Of a stretch of 64,000 nt of DNA, positions 1-10,404 are shown one piece after another. Source of the stretch: a virus; IMG/VR virus record IMGVR_UViG_3300029258_002856, one strand, 5' to 3'. The notes under the pieces are model-generated. The model did not search any database. It worked only from the letters and a program-made list of their open reading frames with translations, and was not told where the DNA came from. Both the position numbers and the translations under genes were made by a program. Within the stretch, counting starts at the first letter, position 1, and each line of letters begins with the position of its first letter.

Positions 1-1
1 C

Positions 2-1462
2 AACGACTTTAAAATTCGGTACAACGAAGACGCTACTGCTGCGGACTTGTTTGAGGTGCAACGAAATGCCACAACCATTATCCAAGGTACAGCTGCGGGG
101 GGTGTTTCCATTACCCCGGTTAGCGGGCAGCCGTTCAATGTTGATGTTTCGGGAACTGCGGATGCGACCGTAGACACCCTAAATGGGGACATTCAGGTCA
201 CCGCAAATCGCACGAGCGGAGCGTCATCGTCGTTCTTCAGCGTGACGGGAGACACGGATACGTCAAGCGTTGATATGGCGGTCAAGGCTACGAATACCGG
301 CGATAATTCCACTTCGGCGTTGACGCTGAGTGCGAATAATACCGGAGCTGCGGGTGGTGGTAACCCCTCCTCGACGGTTCTCATTTCGGCTACCAGCGCA
401 AACGGGGATGCTACGATCCACTTCGTAGATAACGGCAACAGCGGGTCCACTTGGGCGCAAGGTTACGTGTTGCTCTCGGATGGTTCCGCCGCAGAGTGGG
501 ACAACTACGAGACTTATTTCGGTGAAGTCTCCATCTTCAACGCGCTTACCCAGGCGTACCTGAGTGCGGGCACTACGGACCTCAACGAGGCGTACGAGAA
601 CTTCGGAGCTGCGGCTGCCACCGTGACCGTCGACTTGAAGGACCTCAAGTGGGACCTGAATGGTGCGTTCAGCATGGAGGTCGCTCTCGGGAACATCACC
701 AGCGATGATTCGGACGGCTTCCTGATTTCCGGATTCGCCGGTAGCGGCCAGAACTTCAACATCCTGGCGAATGACACTTCGAATATCATCTACCTCGATG
801 CGACTATCGAGAAGATGGAGATGGATGTTGCCGCGGCCTCCTATATCAAGGCGACGGGTGGTTCCCTGACCTTCCAGACGTTGGACGATGGCACGGATGG
901 CGGGGATATCGATATTGACGCGGCAGTCGGTACTGGCGGTAGTGGCGGTGACGTGAATATCGCAGCTGATAAGAGCGTGAACTTTGATGCTAAGAGCTCC
1001 TACTTCTTCGGTGCGGATGCTGCTGACAGCTGGGTTGACTCGGTGGCGGTCTCTTCCGGTGCGAATGCTGCCGCCGGAGACGCGCAGAGCAGCCGGACGC
1101 ATCTGTTCCACAAGACGTCGGATGCGACGCAGACGACGTTGAAGAACGGCACTGGTACCACGGGCTTGGCTCTGACGGCCAACAAGGTCTATGCTTGCAA
1201 GCTGGTGGTCATCGGGAAGGTTGACGGCGTGGATACCTTCTCTGGTTGGGAGCTTGACTTTGTGGCCGACGACTCTAATGTCTTCGGTAAAAACCGCAAC
1301 AACTTTGCCCAGCAAGACGGTGGGACGGGTGACCCGAGCAACTGGGACGTGGACGTAGATGTCAACGCGGGTAACCTCCGAGTGCGCGTCACGGGGGAGA
1401 ATCTTGCCGGAATCGGCATCTCCTGGTCGGCCACGTTGGATGCCACCGAAGTCCTGGACTAA
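2..1462 (+). CDS. Gly/Ala/Thr/Asp-rich virion structural protein, probably tail fibre (5'-partial)
   Basis: Frame is open from base 2, so the start lies outside the window; low-complexity beta-strand-like G/S/T/D composition; heads the tail gene cluster. Confidence 0.6.
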   Translation, partial: NDFKIRYNEDATAADLFEVQRNATTIIQGTAAGGVSITPVSGQPFNVDVSGTADATVDTLNGDIQVTANRTSGASSSFFSVTGDTDTSSVDMAVKATNTGDNSTSALTLSANNTGAAGGGNPSSTVLISATSANGDATIHFVDNGNSGSTWAQGYVLLSDGSAAEWDNYETYFGEVSIFNALTQAYLSAGTTDLNEAYENFGAAAATVTVDLKDLKWDLNGAFSMEVALGNITSDDSDGFLISGFAGSGQNFNILANDTSNIIYLDATIEKMEMDVAAASYIKATGGSLTFQTLDDGTDGGDIDIDAAVGTGGSGGDVNIAADKSVNFDAKSSYFFGADAADSWVDSVAVSSGANAAAGDAQSSRTHLFHKTSDATQTTLKNGTGTTGLALTANKVYACKLVVIGKVDGVDTFSGWELDFVADDSNVFGKNRNNFAQQDGGTGDPSNWDVDVDVNAGNLRVRVTGENLAGIGISWSATLDATEVLD

Positions 1463-1550
1463 TCAGTGACTGATGGATGTGCACCAGCCCTTACCCCGTA
1501 AAGCTTTCCACTAGAGTAGCAATACTCGTCCACACAAAAGGACTGTCTTC

Positions 1551-2996
1551 ATGACCTGGGATTTGGATACCTCAGGCGGAGAATACCGCTTCAAAATCGA
1601 TGAAGTAGAGAAGGCGTTCATCGGGGAGTACTGGTCCAACCTCGGGGATACCTATTTCGTTAGGGCTGGGAGTAACCTCCAGGAGCTACTGGAGCACCTG
1701 GTAAATACGGAACGCGCCGGGGGCACCATTTTCCTTGGAGAGGGAACGCACGAAATTTCGTGGACGGCTTCGACTGTCATCTCCGAGGAGATTCGTATTA
1801 TCGGCGCGGCTCCTAACTCGACTATCATCGACTTCACTGCGGACGACGCGGACTGCTTCTTTGATTTCAACGCTGCGTGCATTATCGAAAATGTGCAATT
1901 CCGGGGGACCGGGTGGTCCGCGTCTGGCGCACCTTATATCATCCGTCTGGGGACGAGCGCTGACCGCAGTGTGATTCGTAACTGCCAGTTCAACGAGGCG
2001 ACTATCGGCACGGCAGTCATCTATTTGAGTTCTGCTAGCGATGTTGAAATCTCGGGTTGTTACTTTGCATCCGGACCGGTGAGCGATAGCAAGTACCTCA
2101 TCTATATAAGTGCGGGGTCCCATCGCTTTAGGATTCTCAACAACTACGATCCCAGTTGTACTACTGGGTACTTCGTTTATGTTCCAAATAGCAGCACCGA
2201 AACCAATGACTTCGAAATCAAGGGAAACAAGATTTTTGGGGCTTCTGGGTCCTACGATGCCTGTCGTATTTACCTCGGTGGCGCAACTTCATTAGGGGGG
2301 AACGGCGGTGTGAATCGCGGCGTCGTCGAGAACAACACGCTTGACATCACGCTCAGCGATCCGGTGACAGTGCTTGATATCGGGGGGAGCAACGGGAGTG
2401 CCTACGGGGACCGCGGACAAGTGCGGGTGGCGAACAATCACTTCAAATGTGAATATGCTTCTTCGTCCAAGTGGACCAATAACACTTTCTTGACGCGGTT
2501 CAATCTCGCTAAGATTCTGTTTACTGACAACCACTACTATTGCCGCTACATCGGGTACGTGAGTGCCGCGGGTACCAGTGGGCTTCTCGAAGTTGGACGT
2601 TATGCTCACGATATGGAAATTTCGGATAACCATCTCGGAGCCTGGGACTGTCGGAACGGCATCTGGATACAGAACGATTCTGCGAATTCTCCGTATAGGT
2701 TGAAGATTGTAGATAACACCATTTCGGCTCTGGACCACGACGGTACAGGGGGTGGTCACGGGATCTATTTTGAGAATAGCGGGACTCACGCTGGGCCGCA
2801 GGGCTTTATTATTCACGGCAACATTATTACGGCGTCATCCAGCGCGGAGCATACCGCAGTAGGCTCGAACAGGACGACTGCGGGGCAGCGCCCCAATAAC
2901 GGCCAAATTAAAAATAATAATTTCGACAATCTTGCTACCATTCCAACCGGTGAGTTTGAGTCGACAGTCGACATCGACGGCAATAAGTATTTTTAG
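1551..2996 (+). CDS. Right-handed beta-helix (pectate-lyase-like) tailspike/depolymerase-like protein
   Basis: GGTIFLGEGTH..I motif followed by repeated I.N..F / I.GN.I parallel beta-helix turns (IIENVQF, VIRNCQF, VEISGCYF, FEIKGNKI, IIHGNII). Confidence 0.7.
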   Translation: MTWDLDTSGGEYRFKIDEVEKAFIGEYWSNLGDTYFVRAGSNLQELLEHLVNTERAGGTIFLGEGTHEISWTASTVISEEIRIIGAAPNSTIIDFTADDADCFFDFNAACIIENVQFRGTGWSASGAPYIIRLGTSADRSVIRNCQFNEATIGTAVIYLSSASDVEISGCYFASGPVSDSKYLIYISAGSHRFRILNNYDPSCTTGYFVYVPNSSTETNDFEIKGNKIFGASGSYDACRIYLGGATSLGGNGGVNRGVVENNTLDITLSDPVTVLDIGGSNGSAYGDRGQVRVANNHFKCEYASSSKWTNNTFLTRFNLAKILFTDNHYYCRYIGYVSAAGTSGLLEVGRYAHDMEISDNHLGAWDCRNGIWIQNDSANSPYRLKIVDNTISALDHDGTGGGHGIYFENSGTHAGPQGFIIHGNIITASSSAEHTAVGSNRTTAGQRPNNGQIKNNNFDNLATIPTGEFESTVDIDGNKYF

Positions 2997-3075
2997 CCTC
3001 TAGGCGTGGTTTCTTACTAGACAAATCGCGTTTAGCGTGGTTAACATCCCTTTACGGCTGTAAAGCAAGAAGGAG

Positions 3076-3693
3076 ATGGGAATGCCTGTAACTAAGACGC
3101 TCACGAATCTCGATGTTCTCAACTTGAATATGGCGCTTGGACGGTACGGCGATGCTAAGAACAAGCGCTTAGCGTACGCCGTTGCGCGCAACCGCAATAA
3201 ATTGAAGGAGTTCATCGAAGCTCTGGAAGAGGCGCGAAAACCGAGCGATGCGGTCAAGGAGTGGGAAGAGGCGCGTATCGAACTCTGCAAGAAGCATGCG
3301 GACAAGGACGAGAAGAATCGTCCAATCATGCGGGGTCCTGTAGGTGCGCAGTCGTATGACATCGCTGACCAGATAGTCTTTGACAAGGAACTGAAGAAGC
3401 TCAAGAAGAAGTTCCCCGAGGGGGTCAAGGAACAAGAGGAGCAAAATGAGCAGTACAAAGAGCTTCTCCAGGAAGAGGTCGAGTTTACTCCGTACCAAAT
3501 CAAGTTCTCGTTGATTCCAGACGATGTGATTGCGGCACGCGACCTGGAGAACTTCATCGAGGCCAAGATTGTCGTTTTCGATTTGGATGACGACGAGGAC
3601 GACGAGGACGACGAGGACGGCGTTGAAGAAGAGGCTGAAGCCCCCAAGCCCAAGAAGAAGCCTGCCAAAAAGCCTCGTAAGCGCCGGAGATAG
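3076..3693 (+). CDS. Hypothetical protein, coiled-coil with acidic then basic C-terminal tail
   Basis: 205 aa ORF with AAGGAG SD; DDDEDDEDDED...PKPKKKPAKKPRKRRR tail. Confidence 0.7.
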   Translation: MGMPVTKTLTNLDVLNLNMALGRYGDAKNKRLAYAVARNRNKLKEFIEALEEARKPSDAVKEWEEARIELCKKHADKDEKNRPIMRGPVGAQSYDIADQIVFDKELKKLKKKFPEGVKEQEEQNEQYKELLQEEVEFTPYQIKFSLIPDDVIAARDLENFIEAKIVVFDLDDDEDDEDDEDGVEEEAEAPKPKKKPAKKPRKRRR

Positions 3694-3718
3694 CACCTAT
3701 ACTTCCCTAGAGGTGCTA
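3691..3718 (+). promoter_or_regulatory. TATACTT -10-like motif inside an 8 bp inverted repeat whose 3' arm contains most of the SD of the 3722 gene
   Basis: TAGCACCT (3691-3698) / AGGTGCTA (3711-3718); TATACTT at 3698-3704; GAGGTG at 3710-3715. Confidence 0.5.
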
Positions 3719-3721
3719 TGA

Positions 3722-4159
3722 ATGGTCGACAGATTTATCGGTGGTCTCGGCATCATTCCGTTCGGGCAGTCCCAGTTCGGACATGGTGACCCGAAGACGG
3801 AGCCGCGTTTCCTGACTTCTCGACCGTTGGACAAGAGCGTGAACGTTCCGACAGACGTGACGCTCAAGTTTACGACGTATTGCTTCACTAGCTGGATTGA
3901 TTTCCCTGGTACCCAGGTTGAGATTAGTGAAGACGGTGGCGGCACGTACAATCTTGCGTATGATGGGAGCGCTTTCGTAGCTCCCTACGATGGGGTGAAC
4001 AGCAAAGTTCGGCGCACAGAAGGTCACGCACTCACTTTCTACATCCAGAAAACGCTGCCGTGGCCGGTGGCAACCAAAGTAGTTATCCGGTACACTGGTC
4101 CGGATAATTATGGGCAGATTGCGACGAAGGAGATTCCCGTCGTCTGGGGTAGAATCTGA
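3722..4159 (+). CDS. Hypothetical virion protein, possible Ig-like (SbsA/Big_5-like) domain
   Basis: RPLDKSVNVPTDVTLKF resembles the Ig-like P.d.a.nV...i.F pattern; SD GAGGTG. Confidence 0.45.
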   Translation: MVDRFIGGLGIIPFGQSQFGHGDPKTEPRFLTSRPLDKSVNVPTDVTLKFTTYCFTSWIDFPGTQVEISEDGGGTYNLAYDGSAFVAPYDGVNSKVRRTEGHALTFYIQKTLPWPVATKVVIRYTGPDNYGQIATKEIPVVWGRI

Positions 4160-4656
4160 TGCCGTACGAGTGGGAATTCAACACTTCTGGACGTCCGGTA
4201 GGGCCGGTGACCAAACGCTGTCATCGAGGTCCCATGATTCCCATCGAAATCGTGATGTCCCGGGCCTACTCTTTAGTGCCGGGTTCGGAGTCTCTTCGTG
4301 GCCGCTTGTTGACGCATATTGTAGATACCCCTCTCGTGGCCGTGCAGACCCGAGAGGTCATTCTCCGTACGCTAGGCAGTAACCTCGGCCCCATTTTCAC
4401 CGAGCTGAATAACGCGAAGCGCACTTTACAGGTGACCATCTGTGAGAAACGCAACAGCATTCCCATTGACAGGGAGCTTGTGGCCTGGGACCGGGACTAC
4501 CTGAACGTGGCTAATTCGCTGTTGGATTTCGCTGTAAGCCCGCAGCATCTTGCCCTCATGAAAAGTGCCCTCCAGTCGCTCAACCCGGTGTTTCGAGTAG
4601 CAGCCAGGTGTGCCATAATCCTGATGGTTGCATACGTCGAACAGCGGGGTGGCTGA
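4159..4656 (+). CDS. Hypothetical protein
   Basis: Translationally coupled (TGATG) to both neighbours. Confidence 0.65.
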   Translation: MPYEWEFNTSGRPVGPVTKRCHRGPMIPIEIVMSRAYSLVPGSESLRGRLLTHIVDTPLVAVQTREVILRTLGSNLGPIFTELNNAKRTLQVTICEKRNSIPIDRELVAWDRDYLNVANSLLDFAVSPQHLALMKSALQSLNPVFRVAARCAIILMVAYVEQRGG

Positions 4657-7600
4657 TGGCGCAGCGAGACTTCACTAATTACACCGTAAATGTCCCGCAC
4701 CAGGCGGCGTGGCTGGTCTATTTCAACGGCGTGGAGGTTCCGGTAGTCTCGGTGCAGTGCCAGTTTGGGGTGTGGCAAATCCCGGAACTGCGCATTACCA
4801 TGGTGCCGCATGTAATCCTTCAGCGCCTTGGATTTGAGGACCGCATTCAGGTTGAGGTTTTCTACCTGGACGAGTGGTTTGACCCGTCGAATCCCGAGTT
4901 CAAATTCTTGGCGGAGTTTGAGATTGTTGGCTGGTCATACACCAACATGGGGACGAGCCGTTTCATTGAGGTACAGTGCCGCGCTCAGACACAAATCATG
5001 GAGCAACTGTACTTCTACTACATGTCGGCGGTTGACGACATCGTGGTCAACTCCTCTCCTGCTACGGCGCAGAACCCCAACCTGTACTCGCAGTCTATGG
5101 TCTACTACCCGGCATCGTTGTTTCTCGAGGGGCTTGTGCGCCAGACGGAGAGTTCGGACAGTGGCACAGTCTCGACGGGACCAGAGGGTTTTGTCCGCAG
5201 CCCCTTTGAGTTTGTGTCGAACGTATTCAAGGCTCTGCTCGCCCCAATTGATGTGACGGCGGAGAGTGCGAGTACCGCGGAGCCCGGGAAGCTCCCCGCT
5301 AATGCAGCTTCAGTCGCTGGACGCAATTTCTTTGCGCGTTGGATGAACTTAACGGACTTCCGGCGGCGGTGGGCGGGACTTCCTTATTTCGATAGTGACG
5401 ACGCAAAGTCTATTGAGGGCTGCTTCCCGTTGTTGAAAGCGACGCAATCCACGGAGGTGATGAACGCACTCCAACAACATCTGGGACAGAGCATCGGACA
5501 TTCCGGCAGCATGTGGCAATTGTTGCAGACCATCTATAGCACCATGTTCTTCGAGATCGTCACGATTCCGGGTCCGCCCGTTGTGAGTATTCAAAAGAAA
5601 ACAGGGTTGTTGAAGGGCGCGGCGAATCGTCGGAAGAATGGCAGCGTCATCCGCAATAGCGCGAATACTTTCGGAGGTATTCTGCATCATCTCGTGAAGC
5701 CTCAGTGCGTGTTTGCCATCCCGCCCCGCTGTAACATGATTTTCCCGTCGATGATTACGCAGTACACGTTCCAGGAAGGGTACATGTCGCAGCCGACGCG
5801 GCTCTACCTGGGCGAGAAGTACATGTCGAATATTGTGTCAGCACAAGCTCAGGGAAGTATCCAGGCTCTAGTGGGAGAGCTTCTGACTACTGGGTATCCT
5901 CCCGTAGTCGCAAAGCGCATGGAGCTCTACCTGACAGACCCCAAGCAGAACACCAAGAATTTCTTGATATATCCAGAAGAGATTTACAAAGGACCAGTTA
6001 CCGAGCAGCGGAATGCTCCTCCGTGGCTCTACATTCTGGAGCAGAAATACAAAGCGTCTGCCCAGACGGCGTACGAAGCCGGAGACTGGAACCGGATGGG
6101 GCGTAAGAAAATCAAGGAGGCGATGAAGCCTATCGTTTCCAAGTATGCGGGGAAGTACAACATTCCGGCGGCGATGGTGTATGGCATTGTGGAGCGGGAA
6201 TCAGGATTTGTTCCGAACAACATTTCGTGGGACGGGGGCGGCGGTTTGATGCAGCTCCAGGTTGCCGGGGAGTGGACGAATCCGCATACGGGTAAGAGCA
6301 AGCGCACCGTAGATACCGTGGAATTCGCCTACAAATTGGCGAAGCGAAAGTTTGGGTGGGAAGGGCGCACTCTGGACCAGGTTAATCGTCTGGACCCCGA
6401 CGATAACCTGAAGATGGGAATCGCACTATTACACCACTACATGGTGAAACGTCCGAAGCAAGTTACCGGTTCCCCGGGGGACCCCAATGACCTGTCTAAT
6501 GTGAACACGAAGCGTGGGATTCTAGCATTCAAATTTGGTGCGTCGGACGGCTCCCTCATTTGGAAGTTCAAGTTCAAGCCCGGGGACGATAACGTCTACC
6601 GTTCGGATGGAGTCACCATCCACGAGAGTGCTACGAAGTCCTGGAAACGTTTTAAAGCGGCGTTTACCAAGTGGAAGTCTCGAGACCTGACTCCGCCACA
6701 GACGGTTGAGGAAACTCCCGCAGTGGCCGAGCCGGAAGACACAGATGCGCAGCCGCAAGCTGAAACTAACGCCCCTGCGGAAGATGCGCTTCAGAGTGTA
6801 TTCTCGGAAGCTAGTTTGGCGGGCGGCGTCAATAGTCCGCTCGGGCGATTGTTCCGCCTTTACGCTCGCTACGAGTTTTACCGTTCTCGCTTCGAGAAGC
6901 GTGCAGGCGGCGTCACGACGGTATTCAATCCCTATATCGTCCCAGGCTTCCCCGCAGTCATCTTCGACGAGAAGACCTCGGGTTTTGACGTGTTCGGGTA
7001 TGTCACGCAGGTGACGCATAACTTGTCGGCAGCTGCGGGCTCCCCGAATATGTCCACGTCCATCAATTTCGCGTTCTGTAGGTCTTTCCCGGAGTTCATC
7101 AAGATTCTGCGTCAAGGCGTAGAGGAGTCGGTGGCGGAGCAGGAAGTATCTAATTACGACTGCGGGCCTACGGAGCCCATCCCTGATGTCGCAGAGGTCT
7201 TCCAGCGGTGGAGCACTGCTGATGACTTCTACCGTCAGGTCTTCTTTGCGAGCGTGCGCAAAAAGGCGGCATTCGACTGGGAAGAGACCGTTGCGGTGAC
7301 GGATGTTGATAGTAAGCCCCTGGACCCGAGCGGTGGCACGGCATTTGACTACGCCAAGGGTGTTCTCACTACTCCGAAGCCCAAGTTCTATGACCAATTC
7401 CGTTCGGCCGATGCTGCGATGCTGTACATCGCACGCCCGGTATGTACCTTACGGGATTTCGTAGAGCTTCGGCACGGGAAGAGTATTGGAGATTTAGCGA
7501 AGGAAGGGGGAGTCGTTAAAGGAATGGATACCTCGTTCTTTAGTTCTACTCGTGCTGGAGGACGTGGGCAGGTTCGGGGAGGCGCAACTTTCTGGGGGCG

Positions 7601-7826
7601 CATAGATGCTTTTCTCCAGGGACCGGGGAATCCTGCGGATTCGATTATCCAGAGAATCACGAATGTAGGGGACGCTCCGGACTATCCGCCGAACGCAGAC
7701 GGCACATGGGATATAATTACAGCAGGTTTTGGTGTGCCCCAGACACGGCAGGACTGGGATACAGCTTTACGGCGTTATCGTGCTATCGTACGTGGTGAGG
7801 GGCGGTACGCAACACCGCAATTGTAG
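4656..7826 (+). CDS. Baseplate hub / tail-associated lysin with internal lytic transglycosylase (SLT) domain
   Basis: Start reassigned to ATG 4656 (TGATG coupling); SLT motifs YNIPAAMVYGIVERESGF, GGGLMQL, LDPDDNLKMGIALL; hub-like FNPYIVPGFPAVIFD...GYVTQVTH; lies upstream of the gp25-like and gpJ-like genes. Confidence 0.7.
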   Translation: MAQRDFTNYTVNVPHQAAWLVYFNGVEVPVVSVQCQFGVWQIPELRITMVPHVILQRLGFEDRIQVEVFYLDEWFDPSNPEFKFLAEFEIVGWSYTNMGTSRFIEVQCRAQTQIMEQLYFYYMSAVDDIVVNSSPATAQNPNLYSQSMVYYPASLFLEGLVRQTESSDSGTVSTGPEGFVRSPFEFVSNVFKALLAPIDVTAESASTAEPGKLPANAASVAGRNFFARWMNLTDFRRRWAGLPYFDSDDAKSIEGCFPLLKATQSTEVMNALQQHLGQSIGHSGSMWQLLQTIYSTMFFEIVTIPGPPVVSIQKKTGLLKGAANRRKNGSVIRNSANTFGGILHHLVKPQCVFAIPPRCNMIFPSMITQYTFQEGYMSQPTRLYLGEKYMSNIVSAQAQGSIQALVGELLTTGYPPVVAKRMELYLTDPKQNTKNFLIYPEEIYKGPVTEQRNAPPWLYILEQKYKASAQTAYEAGDWNRMGRKKIKEAMKPIVSKYAGKYNIPAAMVYGIVERESGFVPNNISWDGGGGLMQLQVAGEWTNPHTGKSKRTVDTVEFAYKLAKRKFGWEGRTLDQVNRLDPDDNLKMGIALLHHYMVKRPKQVTGSPGDPNDLSNVNTKRGILAFKFGASDGSLIWKFKFKPGDDNVYRSDGVTIHESATKSWKRFKAAFTKWKSRDLTPPQTVEETPAVAEPEDTDAQPQAETNAPAEDALQSVFSEASLAGGVNSPLGRLFRLYARYEFYRSRFEKRAGGVTTVFNPYIVPGFPAVIFDEKTSGFDVFGYVTQVTHNLSAAAGSPNMSTSINFAFCRSFPEFIKILRQGVEESVAEQEVSNYDCGPTEPIPDVAEVFQRWSTADDFYRQVFFASVRKKAAFDWEETVAVTDVDSKPLDPSGGTAFDYAKGVLTTPKPKFYDQFRSADAAMLYIARPVCTLRDFVELRHGKSIGDLAKEGGVVKGMDTSFFSSTRAGGRGQVRGGATFWGRIDAFLQGPGNPADSIIQRITNVGDAPDYPPNADGTWDIITAGFGVPQTRQDWDTALRRYRAIVRGEGRYATPQL

Positions 7827-7828
7827 AC

Positions 7829-8539
7829 ATGACGATGCAAAATCGACATCAACGTGACCTTGAACTGTGGCATGAGGCCCGAAAGAAGCGTTTTCAGGAC
7901 CCCTCCACGCTGAATGCGTTGCTTCATGAGTTGAACCCCATCATCCAAAAAGAGGTGGGAAAGTGGGGGTCGACGGTTCCGCGGCCTGCACTAGAATCGA
8001 AAGCGCGGATGCTCACTGTTGATGCGTTGAAGAAGTACGACCCCAATCGCGGAGCTGCGGTCGCCACTCACGTTACGAGTCAGATTAGAAAACTCTCACG
8101 GCACGTCTACCCGTACCAGAACGTGGCACGTCTGCCGGAGAATAAGCAGCTCAACTACAATGCATTCCAGATTGCACAGAATCGTTTGGTGGATACGTTA
8201 GGGCGCGACCCTACCGTAGACGAGATGGCGGACCAACTTGGGTGGCCCCAGCGTAAGGTTACGGACTTTCAGCACTCATTTGCTCGTCGCGAACTGGTGG
8301 AATCCGAGGGTGCGTACATTGAAGGAGATGAGACACAAGAGCCGGTTGTGGACTTTTACTATCACGGGCTCAGCCCCACCAATCGCCGACTCTTTGAGGA
8401 CATTACGGGGTATAACAACCAGCGCCCGATGACGAATCAGCAGCTCATGCGTAAGCATCAGTTGACCCAAGGACAGTTGAGCTACCGCAAGCGGAAGTTC
8501 ACTAACGACCTTCAACGGATACAGCGCGGGCAGTACTGA
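7829..8539 (+). CDS. Sigma70-family (group 3/FliA-like) RNA polymerase sigma factor
   Basis: Region 2-like DALKKYDPNRGAAVATHVTSQIR; region 3-like LGRDPTVDEMADQLGW; C-terminal HTH-like MRKHQLTQGQLSYRK. Confidence 0.7.
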   Translation: MTMQNRHQRDLELWHEARKKRFQDPSTLNALLHELNPIIQKEVGKWGSTVPRPALESKARMLTVDALKKYDPNRGAAVATHVTSQIRKLSRHVYPYQNVARLPENKQLNYNAFQIAQNRLVDTLGRDPTVDEMADQLGWPQRKVTDFQHSFARRELVESEGAYIEGDETQEPVVDFYYHGLSPTNRRLFEDITGYNNQRPMTNQQLMRKHQLTQGQLSYRKRKFTNDLQRIQRGQY

Positions 8540-9954
8540 TGGCGTTGACGGATAACCAGCTGGAGAAGCTGCTCGCGGCAGAAGAAGAGAATCTGACGTC
8601 GGGTAAGTACCTGGCAGACCACACTATCTTCAACGCGGAGGATGCGACAGGAGCCCCTGACGCCCCTTCCTGGCTCGAGGTACTAGGAGACTTCTCCGGG
8701 TACCTCTACCAGAATGTCATGAGCTTCCTGAATGCGGGGACTCTGGCTTCCCCGGAAGTTACGCGGCGCAACCGCGTGTTGAACTCAGAAGGTTTTCCGT
8801 CAGACGTGAAGGTGCGCTACACCTATGCTGCTCCTGGTTCGTATGTGCCATGGACGAAAGACGATAACCGCGAAATCAAGCAAATCGTTCTGCATTCGTT
8901 CGGACAGCAATGGCATGCCTTTCAGTCCAGCGGTAAGTGGATGGGGAAGATGAACCAGCGGAACGGCCTCATCTCGCACTTTGTTGAGATTGGGAGCTTG
9001 GAATCTCTGGTTTGGATACCTACCGGTACGAATACGGCACTAGGGTATGCCCAGTGGGACCGCTTTTCGTCCGCACTCCGAGCGCTTGTGAGTGCCCCGC
9101 AACCTGTCACCGCAGTACATTTCCTGATTGACCGCGCAGGCAATCTGTATGTGATGGCGGACTGTAACGACATCATCAATTCTTCTGGAGTGCTCAGCGA
9201 TACGTGCATTTCAATTGGGCTTGAAGAGGCCCTATACATGCCTGGAGATGCGCAGGGCAATCGCCCGGCGACCGCGACGTGGCTTCCGGGGGGGACGCCG
9301 CCCGGCACTGAAGGGACGTTGCAGCATTGGGATTACTCGGTTTACCAATACCGGACGTTAGCCATTCTCGTTCGCAAATTGCAGAATGCAATTCCGGAAT
9401 TACAGACGGTCGAACATACTACGAGCAAGAATGCCGACGCTTCCTTTACGGGGTATACGATGCACGGCCATATCATCGACAGCGGCTCCGACATCGTGGA
9501 CGTATCCCCGCATTTCCAAGAGGAGAGCAATTGGGATGCGTTCTTCCAACTCGTCTCGCAACAGGGGCATGTTGATGAGTACCTCAGTTTCATCAAGAAG
9601 CGGCCTGGAGTTGAAGGTCGGTTACAGTGGGTAGAGGAAATCATACAGTCGTTGGGGCCAGATGCGCGGGGGGTGACTCGGGGTATTATGACAAATCCCT
9701 CGATCCATATCCTGTCCGGGGTGCATCGTACACACGAGGAAATCAACAAGTCTCGCGCAGACTATCGAGATGAGGCGGCCACTCGGGCAGCTAACGAGAG
9801 TATTGTACAGAAGCAGCGCCAGGGGATAGGGAAGCAGCTTGAAGTGGCTCTGGAGAACCCAACGATTGTGCCTGCGGACTACCCGGAAGACACCTCGGCT
9901 ACAACGCTTGCGGATAGTCGAGGTGGCGGAGTGGATACCGAGGAGCTTTACTGA
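8539..9954 (+). CDS. N-acetylmuramoyl-L-alanine amidase (Amidase_2-like) domain protein
   Basis: IVLHS, AVHFLIDRAGNLY, ISIGLEE, MHGH...DVSP motifs. Confidence 0.6.
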   Translation: MALTDNQLEKLLAAEEENLTSGKYLADHTIFNAEDATGAPDAPSWLEVLGDFSGYLYQNVMSFLNAGTLASPEVTRRNRVLNSEGFPSDVKVRYTYAAPGSYVPWTKDDNREIKQIVLHSFGQQWHAFQSSGKWMGKMNQRNGLISHFVEIGSLESLVWIPTGTNTALGYAQWDRFSSALRALVSAPQPVTAVHFLIDRAGNLYVMADCNDIINSSGVLSDTCISIGLEEALYMPGDAQGNRPATATWLPGGTPPGTEGTLQHWDYSVYQYRTLAILVRKLQNAIPELQTVEHTTSKNADASFTGYTMHGHIIDSGSDIVDVSPHFQEESNWDAFFQLVSQQGHVDEYLSFIKKRPGVEGRLQWVEEIIQSLGPDARGVTRGIMTNPSIHILSGVHRTHEEINKSRADYRDEAATRAANESIVQKQRQGIGKQLEVALENPTIVPADYPEDTSATTLADSRGGGVDTEELY

Positions 9955-10400
9955 TGCCTTACGACATTCACTTTCAACCAGTTCCGCAAGACGCATCCAA
10001 AGGTCTGAAGGTCTTCACGTTCGGGTTCAAAGCCGCGCTCAAGGTCAAAGGACCGCAAGCCTTGGTTAATCGATGGGCAAAAACGTTTATGACTCCGTTG
10101 GGAAGTGACCCGCGAGACCCGGATGCGGGAACTGAATTCGCTAACATGGTCGGCGGAAACTTGAGTCTTCGCTCCCCTGAGGTGCAGGACGTAATCACGG
10201 TTTCGATTGATGAGACGAATGAGCAAGTGCGAGAGCAGGACCTCGAAGGAGACTACGACGCCAACGAGAGTCTACTGAACGCACGACTGATTGGTTTCAA
10301 GCTGAATGACCAGGGTGATGGGGTAGAAATTTGGGTCGAAATCGTTAACCGCGAAGAAGAGCGGTTGACGTTGCGCCTGATGGATTTGGCTACGAGGTAA
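9954..10400 (+). CDS. Baseplate wedge protein, gp25/gpW-like
   Basis: 148 aa; VKGPQALVNRWAKTFMTPLGSDP.DP..GT pattern; directly precedes the gpJ-like gene. Confidence 0.6.
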   Translation: MPYDIHFQPVPQDASKGLKVFTFGFKAALKVKGPQALVNRWAKTFMTPLGSDPRDPDAGTEFANMVGGNLSLRSPEVQDVITVSIDETNEQVREQDLEGDYDANESLLNARLIGFKLNDQGDGVEIWVEIVNREEERLTLRLMDLATR

Positions 10401-10404
10401 GCGG

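Noticed and set aside
263-1315. Long antisense/shadow ORFs (e.g. 263-1315, 10729-12066, 13168-14178, 28348-29412, 31480-32691, 61885-62976)
   Set aside because: They lie opposite well-supported genes, have Arg/His/Val-rich shadow composition and no motifs; expected with high GC3
3589-3620. GACGACGAG repeats (also Gly repeats ~28975-29010 and Lys-Gly repeats ~44540-44610)
   Set aside because: Codon repeats encoding low-complexity protein linkers, not independent DNA repeats
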